Shown in pieces: positions 19,701 to 30,459 of a DNA stretch of 64,000 nt. Position numbers and translations under genes: made by a program. Position 1 is the stretch's first letter, and every line of letters starts with the position of its first letter. Below the pieces are notes generated by a model that did not search any database, was not told where the DNA came from, and saw only the letters and a program-made list of their open reading frames with translations. Source of the stretch: Parasynechococcus sp. (GTDB lineage Bacteria; Cyanobacteriota; Cyanobacteriia; PCC-6307; Cyanobiaceae); the NCBI RefSeq assembly GCF_042954325.1, contig NZ_JBGKDS010000025.1, forward strand, positions 1,255 to 65,254, read 5' to 3'.

Positions 19701-21223
19701 AGATCTGCCTGCAACGCACCGGGCGTCAAACCAGCGGTCGTCACCGCCAACGGCAGCGTCCCACCGGCCTTGAGCGCTGGACTTTCAAAACGCTCAAGGA
19801 GCAGCAGTTCATCGGTTTTGGACCAACGGGCCTGAAGATCCCAGCGTTGCAACACCGGGTTGACCTCCTGCCGAAGCCTCAAGGCCAGCTGAGGGGAAGC
19901 GAGCGCTCCATCCACCTGCAGATCTCCAGACACCGAAGCCTCAGACCCCAACAGCTCCCGCAACACCGGACGGGCAGCCCAAAGCTGAGGACTCACCACA
20001 AGCGAACGACTGCGCAAGGTCAACTCGGGAAAAAGCTGACCTTGCAATTGAAGTTTTGATCCGACTGACGAGAGCTGCATCCTCTCGAGTTGGACGCGAC
20101 GCAATCCATCGACACCCCAGGGCGTTCGCAGCCGGGCGGTGAGGGCAACCGGGTCCGTCCACGGACCATCAACGAACTGATCAAGGCGGCCGTTGACCGT
20201 CCAAAGCGGCTGGGCCCAGGGGCCATGGACCTTGAGCTTCAGACCCTCGGGCGCGCCAGATCGACGCAACGATGCCGTGAGATCAAAGGATTGATTCAAG
20301 GTGACGGTGCCACCCAACTGTGCCGTTAACGCACCAGAACGGATTTCAGTCGGCTTGACCGTGAGGGTGTCGTCATGGCAAGTCAGGCGGATGCGATCGG
20401 ACGCGACGGCGTCGTCCAACGCCGCCGAGCGGAGTGACAGGTCGTTGAGCCGAAACGAGCCCCGACACCCGAGATGATTCGCCGTCCACTGCAAGCGGAG
20501 GTCACCGTTGAGCTCACCGGCCAGATCCAGGTCCTTGTTGAACGGCGCGACGGCAGCGAGGCGACTCAACCGCAAACCATCGAACCGGGTCCGCAGATTC
20601 AGCTGCGGGCGATCCCAGCGACCGGCACCATCGAGATCCAAGGCACCACGGCGATCACTCCAGGACATCCGTGCCCGCGTCGTGAACGATCGTTCCGCCA
20701 AACCAACGGCGCCGCGGGCCTCGACCTGAAGGCGCTCCCCACTGTCGGCGAACACAACATCGGCCGGCTGGTTGAAGCGAAAGCGAACCCCGAGATTCGG
20801 TGGTTCAGCGCCATCAGGATCTGAGCCGAAGCGCCAAAACTGTCCTTGATCATTGCGATGTAGATCAAGCCGAAGTCGTTCAACATCAACCGCCACCACC
20901 GGTCGCCATTGGCTCAGGCTGGCGAGTGGAGCAAAGCGAACGGTCAGGCCCTGCGCCGCCAGACTCGATTGATCCCCCTCGCTAGACCCGACGGTGCTAG
21001 GGCCGATGGCCACTCCCCAAACCCTGAGCCCCTTGTAAGCACCAAGACGCAGGGGATGGCCCAATGGCCGGCTCAAACTGCGCTCCAGCGTCGGCGTCAG
21101 CCGGGCAACAGCCGACGCTGCGGCCCGATCCAAGGCCCAGGTACCGGCAACCAAGCCCGCGACACCACCGGTCACAGCGATCGAAACCAAAGCTCTGGTG
21201 CGTGGGCGACGCGCTTGCTTCAT
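16772..21223 (-). CDS. TamB/DUF490 (Tic236-like) translocation and assembly module protein
   Basis: About 1480 aa with an N-terminal membrane anchor, beta-taco-like body and a C-terminal LGPDLRV...GRVSLFSTTFRL...LDLRSTPPM...LQLFFRF end. Start ATG 21223 (21280 possible). Confidence 0.88.
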   Translation of the reverse strand: MKQARRPRTRALVSIAVTGGVAGLVAGTWALDRAAASAVARLTPTLERSLSRPLGHPLRLGAYKGLRVWGVAIGPSTVGSSEGDQSSLAAQGLTVRFAPLASLSQWRPVVAVDVERLRLDLHRNDQGQFWRFGSDPDGAEPPNLGVRFRFNQPADVVFADSGERLQVEARGAVGLAERSFTTRARMSWSDRRGALDLDGAGRWDRPQLNLRTRFDGLRLSRLAAVAPFNKDLDLAGELNGDLRLQWTANHLGCRGSFRLNDLSLRSAALDDAVASDRIRLTCHDDTLTVKPTEIRSGALTAQLGGTVTLNQSFDLTASLRRSGAPEGLKLKVHGPWAQPLWTVNGRLDQFVDGPWTDPVALTARLRTPWGVDGLRRVQLERMQLSSVGSKLQLQGQLFPELTLRSRSLVVSPQLWAARPVLRELLGSEASVSGDLQVDGALASPQLALRLRQEVNPVLQRWDLQARWSKTDELLLLERFESPALKAGGTLPLAVTTAGLTPGALQADLALSRYSLDRLSGLAGVELSGVASLQGQINGPLSALSPELSIGVDHPSVAGLRLPERWRGRLEGTADASLSLRMASLAPSVEGQLSAIIRRDGRPSSVQLKRQGGDLSLQGDADLVRWRADQLALLGLQFQAPGSERFEPVVGSLSGTGSLAFAPLVMQGDFSLDGLGYRGVRVAQVQAKALVNTNRFQLDGTLQPVREQPGDVAVELRGQPGGWLRGGLKARGLDAAWLSDTLRQLRQKDPLAGEPPGRAADLGRLVIDTFGGGLDGQLRALQRSRQALVDDALANPERGLSVDDLDGRLDADLTVAGPGLDQLNLDLKVKGHLWLTTEDSDRVLQLEPFVASIQGPLRGGEGKFSLEHLPVGLLALFVPVPASLRGAGGVRGRYAFGEAGPQIEAELLFEQVALGETDLSLQRDSLRFDASGLSLDLALKSSGSSHPITLVGTVPLAADDGLDLTIEAHEDALRFLTVLTGPGVEVTRGTTALDLSLRGSRLDPEVSGFLDVQDAAATIQGQELRRINASLLFDFNRLVVNEGSAELAAGGSIKLSGALALLRPAMQEEPLTITITKGRVRQPKADFVADGSLEIRGAITQPELSGELTINQGTIRPREGLLSRSSGGGVQGLMPFPDLDSGIQQSVATVSEPVGLRALIEEQWDFQEPLVLIGPGAPLEASEQLQDLIPNLPTVSFRNFRLRLGPDLRVEMPPMISFRGSGQLLLNGPLDPSLQARGLVRLTNGRVSLFSTTFRLDNSAANVALFTPSLGLVPFVDIAMQTRVSDNVQQGGDSSTTTANVFETNGSGALGPGGQLRLVKVSVQASGPANRLMGNLDLRSTPPMPQPQVLALIGGNSLSGLAGGGGAALATVVGQTLLSPVLGSLTDVMGERLQIALYPTYVNPEVKSESERTSGRVPPTFTLVTEIGIDVNDRFDFSVLSAPNNSDVPPQASISYQVTPNTTVTGSVDSNGTWQSQLQLFFRF

Positions 21224-21288
21224 CAACAGCGTCGCCAGCCCCGGAGCCCGCGCAATATAAGGAGACTGTTTGACGAACACCAGGCTCG

Positions 21289-21744
21289 ATGGCGCTTGAT
21301 CAGCTGTTGCTTAACGCTGCCCCCTGGCTGGGTTGGAGCGGTCTCGGTCTGCTGGGCCTGACGGCCATTGCCTTTCTTGCCCGTTGGGGGCTGCGCTTTC
21401 GCCTTGTCGGCGTCAGCAGTTTCACCTTGCTGCTTGCGGTGAGTTGTTGGGCCTTTGGCGTGAGCTACACACCCCCGGTGGTCATCGAAGGCGCCACCCG
21501 CGCTCCAGTGGTCTTCGATAACGGAGCTGACCTGGTCGTCGCGCAACTTCCGATCGATGCAAGCGAAGCAACGATCGAACCGACGTTGCAACAGCTGGCG
21601 GGCAACCTGCGGGGATCAGGGCGCAGCACCAGCACCGTCACCGTGCGACTGCGCAGCTTTGACACCAGCGGTGATGGCCGCAGCAGACCGGTGGTGCGGG
21701 GTGAACTCGAACGTGACTTCCGCGTGCCGCTGAGCCATGGATGA
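21289..21744 (+). CDS. ycf51: Ycf51 / DUF2518 family protein
   Basis: WGLRFRLVGVSSFTLLL...VVFDNG. Confidence 0.85.
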   Translation: MALDQLLLNAAPWLGWSGLGLLGLTAIAFLARWGLRFRLVGVSSFTLLLAVSCWAFGVSYTPPVVIEGATRAPVVFDNGADLVVAQLPIDASEATIEPTLQQLAGNLRGSGRSTSTVTVRLRSFDTSGDGRSRPVVRGELERDFRVPLSHG

Positions 21745-22132
21745 TCAGCCTCTGGTCGATCTACCGCAATCCTTCAGGGACGAACACAAGCAACTGCGCA
21801 ACAACGGCATCAACAGCTGGGGGGAACTCAAGCGACTGGATGATCAGGACATCAGCCGAATGGTGCGCCAAGGACGCTCCTCGGTTCGCAACTTCAAACG
21901 ACTCCGCGGGATCGCAACCTTGGTCTGCGATCTCAACCTTGCCCCGCAGGATGCTGCGCTACTGATGCATGCCGGGATTGCCAGCGTGAGCGCTCTGGCA
22001 ACCTCCACACCGGAACGCCTTGTGCGACAGACCGGGCGACTGGAGCGAGCCTTGGGCAGTGGCAGGCGAGCCGTGGTGGATCTGAAGGTTGCTCAGACCT
22101 GGATCCAGCACGCCAGGCGGACCATGAACTGA
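21737..22132 (+). CDS. DUF4332 domain protein
   Basis: AALLMHAGIASV..LA...PE.L helix-hairpin-helix-like pattern. Confidence 0.75.
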   Translation: MDDQPLVDLPQSFRDEHKQLRNNGINSWGELKRLDDQDISRMVRQGRSSVRNFKRLRGIATLVCDLNLAPQDAALLMHAGIASVSALATSTPERLVRQTGRLERALGSGRRAVVDLKVAQTWIQHARRTMN

Positions 22133-22194
22133 CCCCAGCTAGACGCAGTCCGTCAATCAACGTTGGTAGACAACCTTCAGCTGATGTCTGAAGG

Positions 22195-22473
22195 ATGAGA
22201 CCGGCTCTTGGACTTCTGTATTGCCTGATCAGCTGTCTTGGTCCTGCAGCGGCGTTGGCTCAGGCAGATGTTTTGGAGACGATCAAGCGCAATCCTGCTG
22301 AAGCAAAAGCCATGTGTCGTCAATTCCGGACGGCCAAGAGCAAGAACAAAAACTTCGATCCCTACTCCCGCAAGACCACGCGCCAGGTGGTGAAAGATCG
22401 CAAGATATCGATGGGAGATGCTGAGATTCTGATCACCTATGTGGTCGGCATGCACTGCCCGGATGTCCACTAA
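22195..22473 (+). CDS. Small secreted hypothetical protein
   Basis: Signal peptide (AAALA|Q) and a Cys pair (AKAMC...GMHCP). Confidence 0.7.
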   Translation: MRPALGLLYCLISCLGPAAALAQADVLETIKRNPAEAKAMCRQFRTAKSKNKNFDPYSRKTTRQVVKDRKISMGDAEILITYVVGMHCPDVH

Positions 22474-24109
22474 CGGCCCGCCGTTCAACCCGCCTGTCGT
22501 TTGCCGAGACGCCAGTCTGCAGCTTGAAGACGGCACCGTTCTGATGGCTCGGCTCTGGCACCCGAGCAGTGGGGGGCCCTGGCCTGCACTCTTGATGCGG
22601 CAGCCCTATGGACGGGCCATCGCCTCAACCGTGACCTATGCCCACCCCAGCTGGTGGGCCGAACATGGCTTTCTGGTCGTCGTCCAGGACGTCCGCGGGA
22701 TGGGTGACTCCTCGGGACAGTTCAGGGGGTTCCGTCAGGAAGCCACCGATGGCGCAGCAACCCAGCAATGGGTGCGAGCCCTTCCGGAATGCAATGGCCG
22801 CCTTGGCTGTTACGGCTTCTCCTATCAAGGATTAACCCAGCTGCTGAGTTCAGCGGAGAGTCCCCCGCCGGATTGCCTGGCACCGGCCATGGCCGGCCTC
22901 AATGAATGTGAGCACTGGAGTTGTGAGGGTGGAGCGCAGTGGTGGCACCTTGGCCTTGGCTGGGGCCTGCAGCTCGCCGCACTGGAAGCGCGACACCGCA
23001 ACGATCACCAGGCCTGGCTGAAACTCAGAACAAGCCTTGAAAGCAACGCCTATCTCCGAGATGGCCCAGCCCTGCTGCAACGCCATGCACCAGACGGCAT
23101 GGCGTTGCAGTGGTTGACGTCCGATCCGGATCGTCGAGAGGAGTGGACAGTGCATCCGGTCGCAGCGGCGGTCTTGCGTCAACCGATGTTGTTGATCGGA
23201 GGCTGCTGGGATCCCCATCTCAACGGCATTCTCGACCTCTGGAGGCGGGCTCGGCATGCCGGAGGTCGCCCGGAGCTCCACATCGGACCAGCCACCCATC
23301 TGCAGTGGTGGCCAGAGGCCCAAACCTTGATGCTGCGCTTTTTCCAACGCCATCTCCAGGCGCCCCCTGAGGCCAACCGGCTGAACCCGGCTCAGATCTG
23401 GAATGTGACCGACGCGACCTGGCAAACGCTGGATCCAACAACAGTGGACACAGCCGTTCCGGAACGACGCGGACCTTGGGCCCTTCGCGGAAATCGAGTG
23501 GCCAACATGGACAACGCCATTGGCGGCCTCGAGCCAGGAGGTGCCGGGCAGGGCATGGTCACGCTGGTTCATGACCCCTGGCGACCCGTGCCCGGAATCG
23601 GCGGCCATCTCGGTGTCCAACCCGGTCCTGTTGATCGCCAGCAACTCGATGGCCGTAGCGATGTCGTCACCTTCACGAGCCAGCCACTGGACGAGCCATG
23701 TCTGCTGATCGGACAGCCGCAACTCAAGCTCGGGGCCTGGGCCGACCAACCCGGTTTTGATCTCTGCGTCGCCCTGTCACGCCTGCCGGCAGGCAGCACA
23801 AGCGTGGAACAACTGACGACGGGAACACGACGCCTTCGGGGGGAAACCTGCTTGCACAACCGCCCAAGACACATCGACCTGCAAGCGGTCTGTGCGACGT
23901 TCAAACCTGGGGATCAGCTGCGTCTCTCGATCGCCCCGGCGGCGTGGCCCGCCATTGGAGTCAATTCTGGGTCTCCGGAGGTGCCATGCGGTGCACCCAG
24001 CCATGACCACCGTGTGGTGACCATGACACTGGATTTAGCTGACTCTGCACTCACCCTGAACCCTTTCAGCTCCGGCAGACTGGATAACGACATGATCCAA
24101 CTGCCGTGA
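22463..24109 (+). CDS. CocE/NonD family hydrolase (peptidase S15)
   Basis: LLMRQPYG, VVQDVRG.G.S.G, GFSYQG. Confidence 0.9.
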   Translation: MSTNGPPFNPPVVCRDASLQLEDGTVLMARLWHPSSGGPWPALLMRQPYGRAIASTVTYAHPSWWAEHGFLVVVQDVRGMGDSSGQFRGFRQEATDGAATQQWVRALPECNGRLGCYGFSYQGLTQLLSSAESPPPDCLAPAMAGLNECEHWSCEGGAQWWHLGLGWGLQLAALEARHRNDHQAWLKLRTSLESNAYLRDGPALLQRHAPDGMALQWLTSDPDRREEWTVHPVAAAVLRQPMLLIGGCWDPHLNGILDLWRRARHAGGRPELHIGPATHLQWWPEAQTLMLRFFQRHLQAPPEANRLNPAQIWNVTDATWQTLDPTTVDTAVPERRGPWALRGNRVANMDNAIGGLEPGGAGQGMVTLVHDPWRPVPGIGGHLGVQPGPVDRQQLDGRSDVVTFTSQPLDEPCLLIGQPQLKLGAWADQPGFDLCVALSRLPAGSTSVEQLTTGTRRLRGETCLHNRPRHIDLQAVCATFKPGDQLRLSIAPAAWPAIGVNSGSPEVPCGAPSHDHRVVTMTLDLADSALTLNPFSSGRLDNDMIQLP

Positions 24110-24825
24110 AGCTGTCCGCTGCTCTGCTGGTTCTTTCCCTCGCAGCTCCACTGGGTGTTGTTGACGGACTGCAAAGTCCTGCTTCGGCACAGCAGCTGAC
24201 CCGAACCGATCTTTCAGCAGCCGATGCTGTATCGACGGCAGAACGCCTCTTGAAAGCCCTGGAGACACGGGACGCAACATCCGTCTTCAATCTGCTGGCG
24301 CCCGACGTTCGCTCCAACACCACGATCCCCGCGGTGCGACAACGCCTCGAGGCCCAACGCCTGCGAGCTGGTCGCGTGACTGGCACGACAGCGGGCTACG
24401 CCACCACAACGGTGGACGCCGTGATTACGGGTGACCAGGGGGAGGAAAACCTCCTTATGGTTCTGGATAACGACGGCCAGCTTCTCGCCTGGAAATGGAG
24501 TGACCGGGTTGTCCCGATCCAAGCGACCGCCTTGGAATTCGCTGAAGACCTTGCCCAGGGTCGCTGGGTGGCAGCGCGATCAAAATTCTCCCTCCAGTTC
24601 CAGCAAGAGCTCAAACCCGGTGATCTGGAGAGGAAGTGGAGCAAATTGGCGAAAACCTCCGGCGGTTTCGTCGCCGTCAAGGATGCGGTGATCGCCGGCC
24701 AAGGCGGTGAGCAGCAACTGGTGCTGGTCAGTGTTGCCTTCACCGACGTCACCACCAATCTGTTCGTGATCTTCGATGAGAGTGGTCGGATCATCAACGT
24801 CGACATTTCCCGCGACTTCGTCTGA
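24106..24825 (+). CDS. DUF3887-like secreted protein
   Basis: Signal peptide and two helix/strand repeats ending NLFVIFDESGRII. GTGA overlap with the upstream gene. Confidence 0.7.
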   Translation: MKLSAALLVLSLAAPLGVVDGLQSPASAQQLTRTDLSAADAVSTAERLLKALETRDATSVFNLLAPDVRSNTTIPAVRQRLEAQRLRAGRVTGTTAGYATTTVDAVITGDQGEENLLMVLDNDGQLLAWKWSDRVVPIQATALEFAEDLAQGRWVAARSKFSLQFQQELKPGDLERKWSKLAKTSGGFVAVKDAVIAGQGGEQQLVLVSVAFTDVTTNLFVIFDESGRIINVDISRDFV

Positions 24826-24886
24826 CGACACAGCGATCAGGGCTTGAAAATTCCGCTTAAGCTCTCGCCCACTGATTCGGCATTTC

Positions 24887-27193
24887 ATGAGCGTCACCGC
24901 AGTCCTCGACTGGATGGTTCAGGACGCTCATCGCCTGGCTGAGTGCCGACACGACCACCCGTTGTCTGTTCTCGGACCGCAAACAACGGATAGCGGCTCC
25001 GTCGTCCGCGTCTGGATGCCGGAAGCCGAGTCGGTGACTCTGCTGCTCGGTGGACGGGAGATCGCCATGGAGCGTCCTCACCACAACTGGGTTTTTGAAG
25101 CCACGGTCGATGGCGACCCTGGCAGTGACTATCGCGTTCGTGTCGAGCGTGGAGGAATCACCCACGAGCAACACGACCCCTGGGCCTTCCGCGATGAGTG
25201 GATGGGCGAAATAGATCGCCATCTCTTCGCCCAGGGCAACCACCACCACATCTGGCAACGGATGGGAGCGCACCACTGCGAGCGCAATGGAGTCTCCGGG
25301 GTGATGTTCTGCCTCTGGGCTCCCCACGCTCTGAGCGTTGGTGTGATTGGGGATCTCAACTCATGGGATGGACGCCATCACCCCATGCAATTGCGGACGG
25401 GAGGGATCTGGGAGCTGTTCATTCCCGGCCTGGCCAATGGATCGCTCTACAAGTACGAAATCCGCACCCAGGAAGGACACTGCTACCAAAAGGCAGATCC
25501 CTACGGCTTCCAACACGAAGTCCGCCCAGATAACAGCTCGATCGTCTCTCGCCTGGACGGCTTCAACTGGACGGATGCCGCCTGGATGCAGGCGCGCGAC
25601 AGCAGCAATCCACTCGATCAGCCGATCTCTGTTTATGAGATGCATCTGGGCAGCTGGATGCATGGCTCCGCGGAGCAGCCCTGGATTCAACCCGACGGCA
25701 CAGCGCGGACCCCGGTTCCAGCTGCCGACATGAAGCCCGGTGCCCGCTTGCTCACCTACGCCGAGCTGGCTGACCGCCTCATTCCCTATGTGAAGGAACG
25801 GGGCTTCACCCACATCGAGGTGATGCCGATCACGGAACATCCCTTTGATGGATCCTGGGGCTATCAGGTGACCGGTTGGTATGCACCCACCAGTCGCTAT
25901 GGCACACCCCACGAATTCAGAGCATTCGTGGACCGCTGCCATGCCGAAGGCATCGGAATCATCATCGACTGGGTGCCGGGCCATTTCCCGAAGGACAGCC
26001 ATGGCCTGGCGTTCTTCGATGGCACCCATCTGTACGAACACGGTGATCCCCGCATTGGTGAGCACAAGGAATGGGGAACCCTGATCTTCAACTACAGCCG
26101 CAATGAGGTTCGCAACTTCCTGGTTGCCAATCTTGTGTTCTGGTTCGAGCAGTTCCACATCGATGGCATCCGTGTGGATGCGGTGGCATCAATGCTCTAC
26201 CGCGACTACCTCAGACCGGATGGGGAGTGGTTGGCCAATGATCAAGGCGGACGTGAAAACACCGAAGCCGTTCATTTCCTTCAACAGGCCAACCATGTGC
26301 TGTTTCAGCATTTCCCTGGAGCCCTTTCCATTGCAGAGGAATCAACCACCTGGCCGATGGTGACGCAGCCCACCAACATCGGTGGACTCGGCTTCAACCT
26401 CAAATGGAATATGGGTTGGATGCACGACATGCTCGATTACTTCGAGCTTGATCCCTGGTTCCGACAGTTCCACCAGAACAACATCACGTTCTCGATCTGG
26501 TACACCTACACCGAGAACTTCATGTTGGCCCTGAGCCACGACGAAGTCGTCCACGGGAAGAGCCATCTCCTGCACAAGATGCCAGGTGATGACTGGCAGA
26601 AGTACGCCAATACCAGGGCTCTACTCGCCTACATGTGGACACATCCCGGCAAGAAAACCATCTTCATGGGCATGGAATTCGGCCAACGAGCTGAATGGAA
26701 CGTCTGGGGAGATTTGCAATGGGATCTTCTGAACTACGAACCCCATCAAGGGGTCCAACGCCTGGTCGACGATCTCAATGTTCTTTACAAGGCTGAACCA
26801 GCACTCTGGCGGGACGATTTCGATCAATTCGGCTTCCAATGGATCGACTGCAACGACAACCGTCACTCGGTCATCAGCTTTATGCGCCGGGAAAGCAGTG
26901 GCGGAACCTGGCTCGTGGTTGTGGCTAATTTCACACCGCAGAGCCACGCCGAGTACCGGGTTGGTGTGCCGCTTGAGGGGTACTACGAGGAAATCCTCAA
27001 CACCGATGCCAGCCGCTACGGCGGAAGCAACATGGGCAACATGGGCGGTAAGGAAACCGACCAGTGGGGCATCCACGGCTACGACCATTCCCTCGGCCTC
27101 TGCCTGCCCCCCTTGAGCTTGATGGTGTTCCGTCACGACCCGAAGCGGACCCTTTTGAAGGAGCCCACGAACGCCAGCGACGTCGTCATGTGA
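24887..27193 (+). CDS. glgB: 1,4-alpha-glucan branching enzyme
   Basis: [50 protein letters not shown]. Confidence 0.98.
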   Translation: MSVTAVLDWMVQDAHRLAECRHDHPLSVLGPQTTDSGSVVRVWMPEAESVTLLLGGREIAMERPHHNWVFEATVDGDPGSDYRVRVERGGITHEQHDPWAFRDEWMGEIDRHLFAQGNHHHIWQRMGAHHCERNGVSGVMFCLWAPHALSVGVIGDLNSWDGRHHPMQLRTGGIWELFIPGLANGSLYKYEIRTQEGHCYQKADPYGFQHEVRPDNSSIVSRLDGFNWTDAAWMQARDSSNPLDQPISVYEMHLGSWMHGSAEQPWIQPDGTARTPVPAADMKPGARLLTYAELADRLIPYVKERGFTHIEVMPITEHPFDGSWGYQVTGWYAPTSRYGTPHEFRAFVDRCHAEGIGIIIDWVPGHFPKDSHGLAFFDGTHLYEHGDPRIGEHKEWGTLIFNYSRNEVRNFLVANLVFWFEQFHIDGIRVDAVASMLYRDYLRPDGEWLANDQGGRENTEAVHFLQQANHVLFQHFPGALSIAEESTTWPMVTQPTNIGGLGFNLKWNMGWMHDMLDYFELDPWFRQFHQNNITFSIWYTYTENFMLALSHDEVVHGKSHLLHKMPGDDWQKYANTRALLAYMWTHPGKKTIFMGMEFGQRAEWNVWGDLQWDLLNYEPHQGVQRLVDDLNVLYKAEPALWRDDFDQFGFQWIDCNDNRHSVISFMRRESSGGTWLVVVANFTPQSHAEYRVGVPLEGYYEEILNTDASRYGGSNMGNMGGKETDQWGIHGYDHSLGLCLPPLSLMVFRHDPKRTLLKEPTNASDVVM

Positions 27194-27274
27194 CGAACCA
27201 GATGACAGTTAGGGGCTGAAGCACTAGCAGTCATCCCGATTCGGGTAGGTTTCCGGCTGATCCGAACCGGCTTG

Positions 27275-28333
27275 ATGAGCGACTCCCTGCCCCTTCTGCT
27301 GCGTGCCGCACGTGGTGAATCAGTGGAGCGTCCACCTGTGTGGATGATGCGCCAGGCCGGTCGCTACATGAAGATCTACCGGGACCTGCGGGACAAGTAC
27401 CCCAGCTTCCGCGAACGCTCGGAAAATCCGGATCTCTCCTACGAGATCTCCATGCAGCCGTACCACGCCTTCAAGCCCGACGGCGTGATCCTGTTCTCCG
27501 ACATCCTCACGCCCCTGCCGGGCATGGGCATCGATTTCGACATCATCGAGAGCAAAGGCCCTCAGATCGGTGATCCGATTCGCACCATGGCCCAGGTGGA
27601 TGCTCTCCGCCCGCTGAATCCTGCGGAATCCATGCCCTTCGTGGGTGAAGTGCTGGGTCGACTGCGCCAGAGCGTCGGCAATGAAGCCGCTGTTCTTGGA
27701 TTCGTCGGTGCTCCTTGGACCCTGGCCGCCTATGTGGTGGAAGGAAAGAGCAGCAAAAATTACGCGGTGATCAAGGCCATGGCGTTCCAGGAGCCTGAGC
27801 TCCTGCACAAGCTGCTCGACCACTTCGCCGAATCGATCGCCAACTATCTCCGTTATCAGATCGATTCCGGAGCCCAGGTTGTGCAGATGTTTGATTCTTG
27901 GGCGGGCCAACTGAGCCCGGCGGATTACGACACCTTTGCCGCTCCTTACCAGAAGAAGGTGGTTGACCTGGTCAAGAAGACCCACCCCGACACCCCGTTC
28001 ATCCTCTATATCTCCGGCAGCGCCGGTGTGATCGAGCGCATGGCAACCACCGGCGTCGACATTATTTCGCTGGACTGGACCGTGGATATGGCCGAGGCAC
28101 TGGCCAGGCTGCCGGAACACATCGGTGTGCAGGGCAACGTTGACCCCGGCCTGCTGTTTGGCACGCCTGAAGCGATCGAAGCCCGCATCGATGACTGCGT
28201 GCGCAAGGCCCGTGGCCGGAAGCACATCCTCAACCTGGGGCATGGCATCCTCCCGGGGACACCTGAAGAGAACGGTGCGGCCTTCTTCCGCTCCGGCAAG
28301 AGCGTGATGGATCGCCTTGGGGCAGTCGCTTGA
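27275..28333 (+). CDS. hemE: Uroporphyrinogen decarboxylase
   Basis: [30 protein letters not shown]. Confidence 0.98.
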   Translation: MSDSLPLLLRAARGESVERPPVWMMRQAGRYMKIYRDLRDKYPSFRERSENPDLSYEISMQPYHAFKPDGVILFSDILTPLPGMGIDFDIIESKGPQIGDPIRTMAQVDALRPLNPAESMPFVGEVLGRLRQSVGNEAAVLGFVGAPWTLAAYVVEGKSSKNYAVIKAMAFQEPELLHKLLDHFAESIANYLRYQIDSGAQVVQMFDSWAGQLSPADYDTFAAPYQKKVVDLVKKTHPDTPFILYISGSAGVIERMATTGVDIISLDWTVDMAEALARLPEHIGVQGNVDPGLLFGTPEAIEARIDDCVRKARGRKHILNLGHGILPGTPEENGAAFFRSGKSVMDRLGAVA

Positions 28334-29337
28334 GCCGGATCCTGGTCACCGGCGCCAGCGGCTGCGTCGGTCAATACGTCTCGCGGTGGTTGCTGGACAA
28401 CTCCGATGCAGAGCTTCTGCTCTGGTTGAGGGACCCGGCAAAGCTCACTGCTGTGCCGGCTGACCACCCACGGATTCGACTGCTTGTCGGCGATCTCAGG
28501 GAAACGGACCGTTTCATTGCTGATCTGGCCACGGTGACCAGGGTCATTCACACCGCTACGGCCTGGGGGGATCCAGAACGGGCCCACCAGGTCAATGTTG
28601 TGGCAGTGAAGCGAATGCTTCAGCTGTTGAACCCTGCCGTGGTGGAGCAGATCATTTACTTCTCCACGGCCAGCATTCTTGACCGTGACCTGCGTCCGTT
28701 ACCGGAGGCTTTGGCCTACGGAACGGAGTACATCCAAACCAAAGCCAAATGCCTGGAGGATCTGGAACAACATCCCCTGGCCGATCGAATCATTGCCGTT
28801 TTCCCAACGCTTGTGTTCGGCGGCCGAGTGGATGGCACCAGCCCCTTCCCCACCAGCTACCTCACGCAAGGGCTCTCGGACGTGAGCCGTTGGCTCTGGC
28901 TGGCCCGCTGGCTTCGCGCCGATGCCAGCTTCCATTTCATCCATGCTGAAGACATCGCTCGCATCTGCGGGCTGTTGGCCACGCATCCCCACACGGCGAA
29001 TCGCGAACCAGGACAGGGAGCATTGCGTCGCATCGTGATGGGGCAGCCCAACATCAGCGTTGACGAGGCTGTGGCAACGCTCTGCCGCTGGCGCGGCGTG
29101 CGCCGCACACCTGGCATCCCGCTGTGGCCATGGCTGATCGAAACCCTGATCCGGGTTTTACCGATCGAAGTCAACGCCTGGGATCGCTTCAGCATTCGGC
29201 AACGCCACTTCATTCACGAGCCAGTCACTTCACCCGAGCGCTTTGGCGGGACCAGTCACACTCCCACCCTGGAAACAGTTCTTATCGATTCTGGGCTGCC
29301 CAATCGCGGCCAGCCCAGAAGCAGTCGTAATATTTGA
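28330..29337 (+). CDS. NAD(P)-dependent epimerase/dehydratase-like oxidoreductase
   Basis: [11 protein letters not shown] Rossmann motif, YFSTAS, Y...K. Confidence 0.88.
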   Translation: MSRILVTGASGCVGQYVSRWLLDNSDAELLLWLRDPAKLTAVPADHPRIRLLVGDLRETDRFIADLATVTRVIHTATAWGDPERAHQVNVVAVKRMLQLLNPAVVEQIIYFSTASILDRDLRPLPEALAYGTEYIQTKAKCLEDLEQHPLADRIIAVFPTLVFGGRVDGTSPFPTSYLTQGLSDVSRWLWLARWLRADASFHFIHAEDIARICGLLATHPHTANREPGQGALRRIVMGQPNISVDEAVATLCRWRGVRRTPGIPLWPWLIETLIRVLPIEVNAWDRFSIRQRHFIHEPVTSPERFGGTSHTPTLETVLIDSGLPNRGQPRSSRNI

Positions 29338-29354
29338 GTAACCACTAGATCCCA

Positions 29355-29714
29355 ATGCGGTCCGTGATTCGCACGCTTGCAGCTGCTTGCTGCGCCCTCC
29401 TGATGCTGATCGGCCTCAACGTTGGTTCCGCTCAGGCTGCAACTGTCGAAGTGAAGCTGGGCACCGATGCCGGCATGCTCGCTTTCGAACCCAGCACCGT
29501 CACCATCAGTGCCGGTGACACCGTCAAGTTCATCAACAACAAGCTGGCCCCCCACAACGCTGTTTTTGAGGGCCACGACGAACTGAGTCACTCTGATCTG
29601 GCCTTCGCCCCCGGCGAATCCTGGGAAGAGACCTTCTCTGCCGCTGGCACCTATGACTACTACTGCGAGCCCCACCGTGGTGCTGGCATGGTCGGCAAAG
29701 TCATCGTCGAATGA
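29355..29714 (+). CDS. petE: Plastocyanin
   Basis: Signal peptide (AQA|), PHN and CEPHRGAGM Cu ligands. Confidence 0.97.
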   Translation: MRSVIRTLAAACCALLMLIGLNVGSAQAATVEVKLGTDAGMLAFEPSTVTISAGDTVKFINNKLAPHNAVFEGHDELSHSDLAFAPGESWEETFSAAGTYDYYCEPHRGAGMVGKVIVE

Positions 29715-29782
29715 TCCTCAGCTGAGTCAGATCAAGGGACTCCCTGGCTGAACCCGTTGAGCGCTCAACGCTGAACCAACAA

Positions 29783-29829
29783 AACCGCAGGTTGTGATGT
29801 TGCACTCACAGCCTGCGGTTGTTTCATTT
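29783..29829 (+). terminator. Intrinsic terminator-like hairpin after petE
   Basis: AACCGCAGG-T-TGTGA / TCACA-G-CCTGCGGTT 15-bp stem (one G-U), 8-nt loop, followed by GTTTCATTT. Confidence 0.65.
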
Positions 29830-29871
29830 GGACGTGGAGATCGATAGCGTGGAGACCATGCAGCTCTGCCC

Positions 29872-30225
29872 ATGAGACGTCTCCCCCAGTTGTTCGCCTC
29901 GATCGTCGTGATCGCCGCTCTGTGGTTGGCACCAGCGGGCCATGCCCTGACGACGGACTCCCTTGAGCAAGGTGAGCAGATCTTCGCCAGCAACTGTGCG
30001 GCTTGTCACATGGGCGGCGGCAACGTGATTCAAGCCAGCCGAACGCTGAAGATCGGAGATCTCAATGAACACCTCGAGGAATATGGACAAACCCCGCTGG
30101 AAGCCATCGAACATCAAATCGAGGATGGAAAAAATGCCATGCCCGCCTACGCCGACAAATTGACCGAAGAGGAGATCATTGCGGTTGCCACCTACGTGGA
30201 ACAACAAGCGGAACAAGGGTGGTGA
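29872..30225 (+). CDS. petJ: Cytochrome c6
   Basis: NCAACH heme motif, GGGN, HQIEDGKNAMPAY (axial Met, heme-pocket Gln retained). Confidence 0.9.
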   Translation: MRRLPQLFASIVVIAALWLAPAGHALTTDSLEQGEQIFASNCAACHMGGGNVIQASRTLKIGDLNEHLEEYGQTPLEAIEHQIEDGKNAMPAYADKLTEEEIIAVATYVEQQAEQGW

Positions 30226-30228
30226 TTC

Positions 30229-30459
30229 ATGTCCCGAGAAGGCCTGAACGATTTCCTCCATTCCATTGATCACAGCAGCAGGCTGAGACGCGATGTTCGG
30301 CTTTGCGAGGATTCACGTGACCTCATGGACGTGGCTCAGCGCTATGGCTTTGCCATCACCGAACAGGATCTTCAGCTGGATGAACAAAACTGCAGGCTTC
30401 AAACCTGGTTCGACAACAGCCAAATCAACGCAATCCGCACGCCACGTCTGAACCAATGA
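30229..30459 (+). CDS. Nif11-like leader-peptide domain protein
   Basis: MS.E.L..FL......LR......... ....A..YGF.IT..DL pattern. No double-glycine core follows. Confidence 0.75.
   Translation: MSREGLNDFLHSIDHSSRLRRDVRLCEDSRDLMDVAQRYGFAITEQDLQLDEQNCRLQTWFDNSQINAIRTPRLNQ

Noticed and set aside
29793-29810. TGTGA-N8-TCACA resembling a CRP site
   Set aside because: The spacer is 8 rather than 6 nt, and the arms are part of a longer terminator-like stem.
30229-30459. Prochlorosin/lanthipeptide RiPP cluster
   Set aside because: No GG cleavage motif, no Cys/Ser/Thr-rich core, and no LanM, transporter or peptidase nearby.
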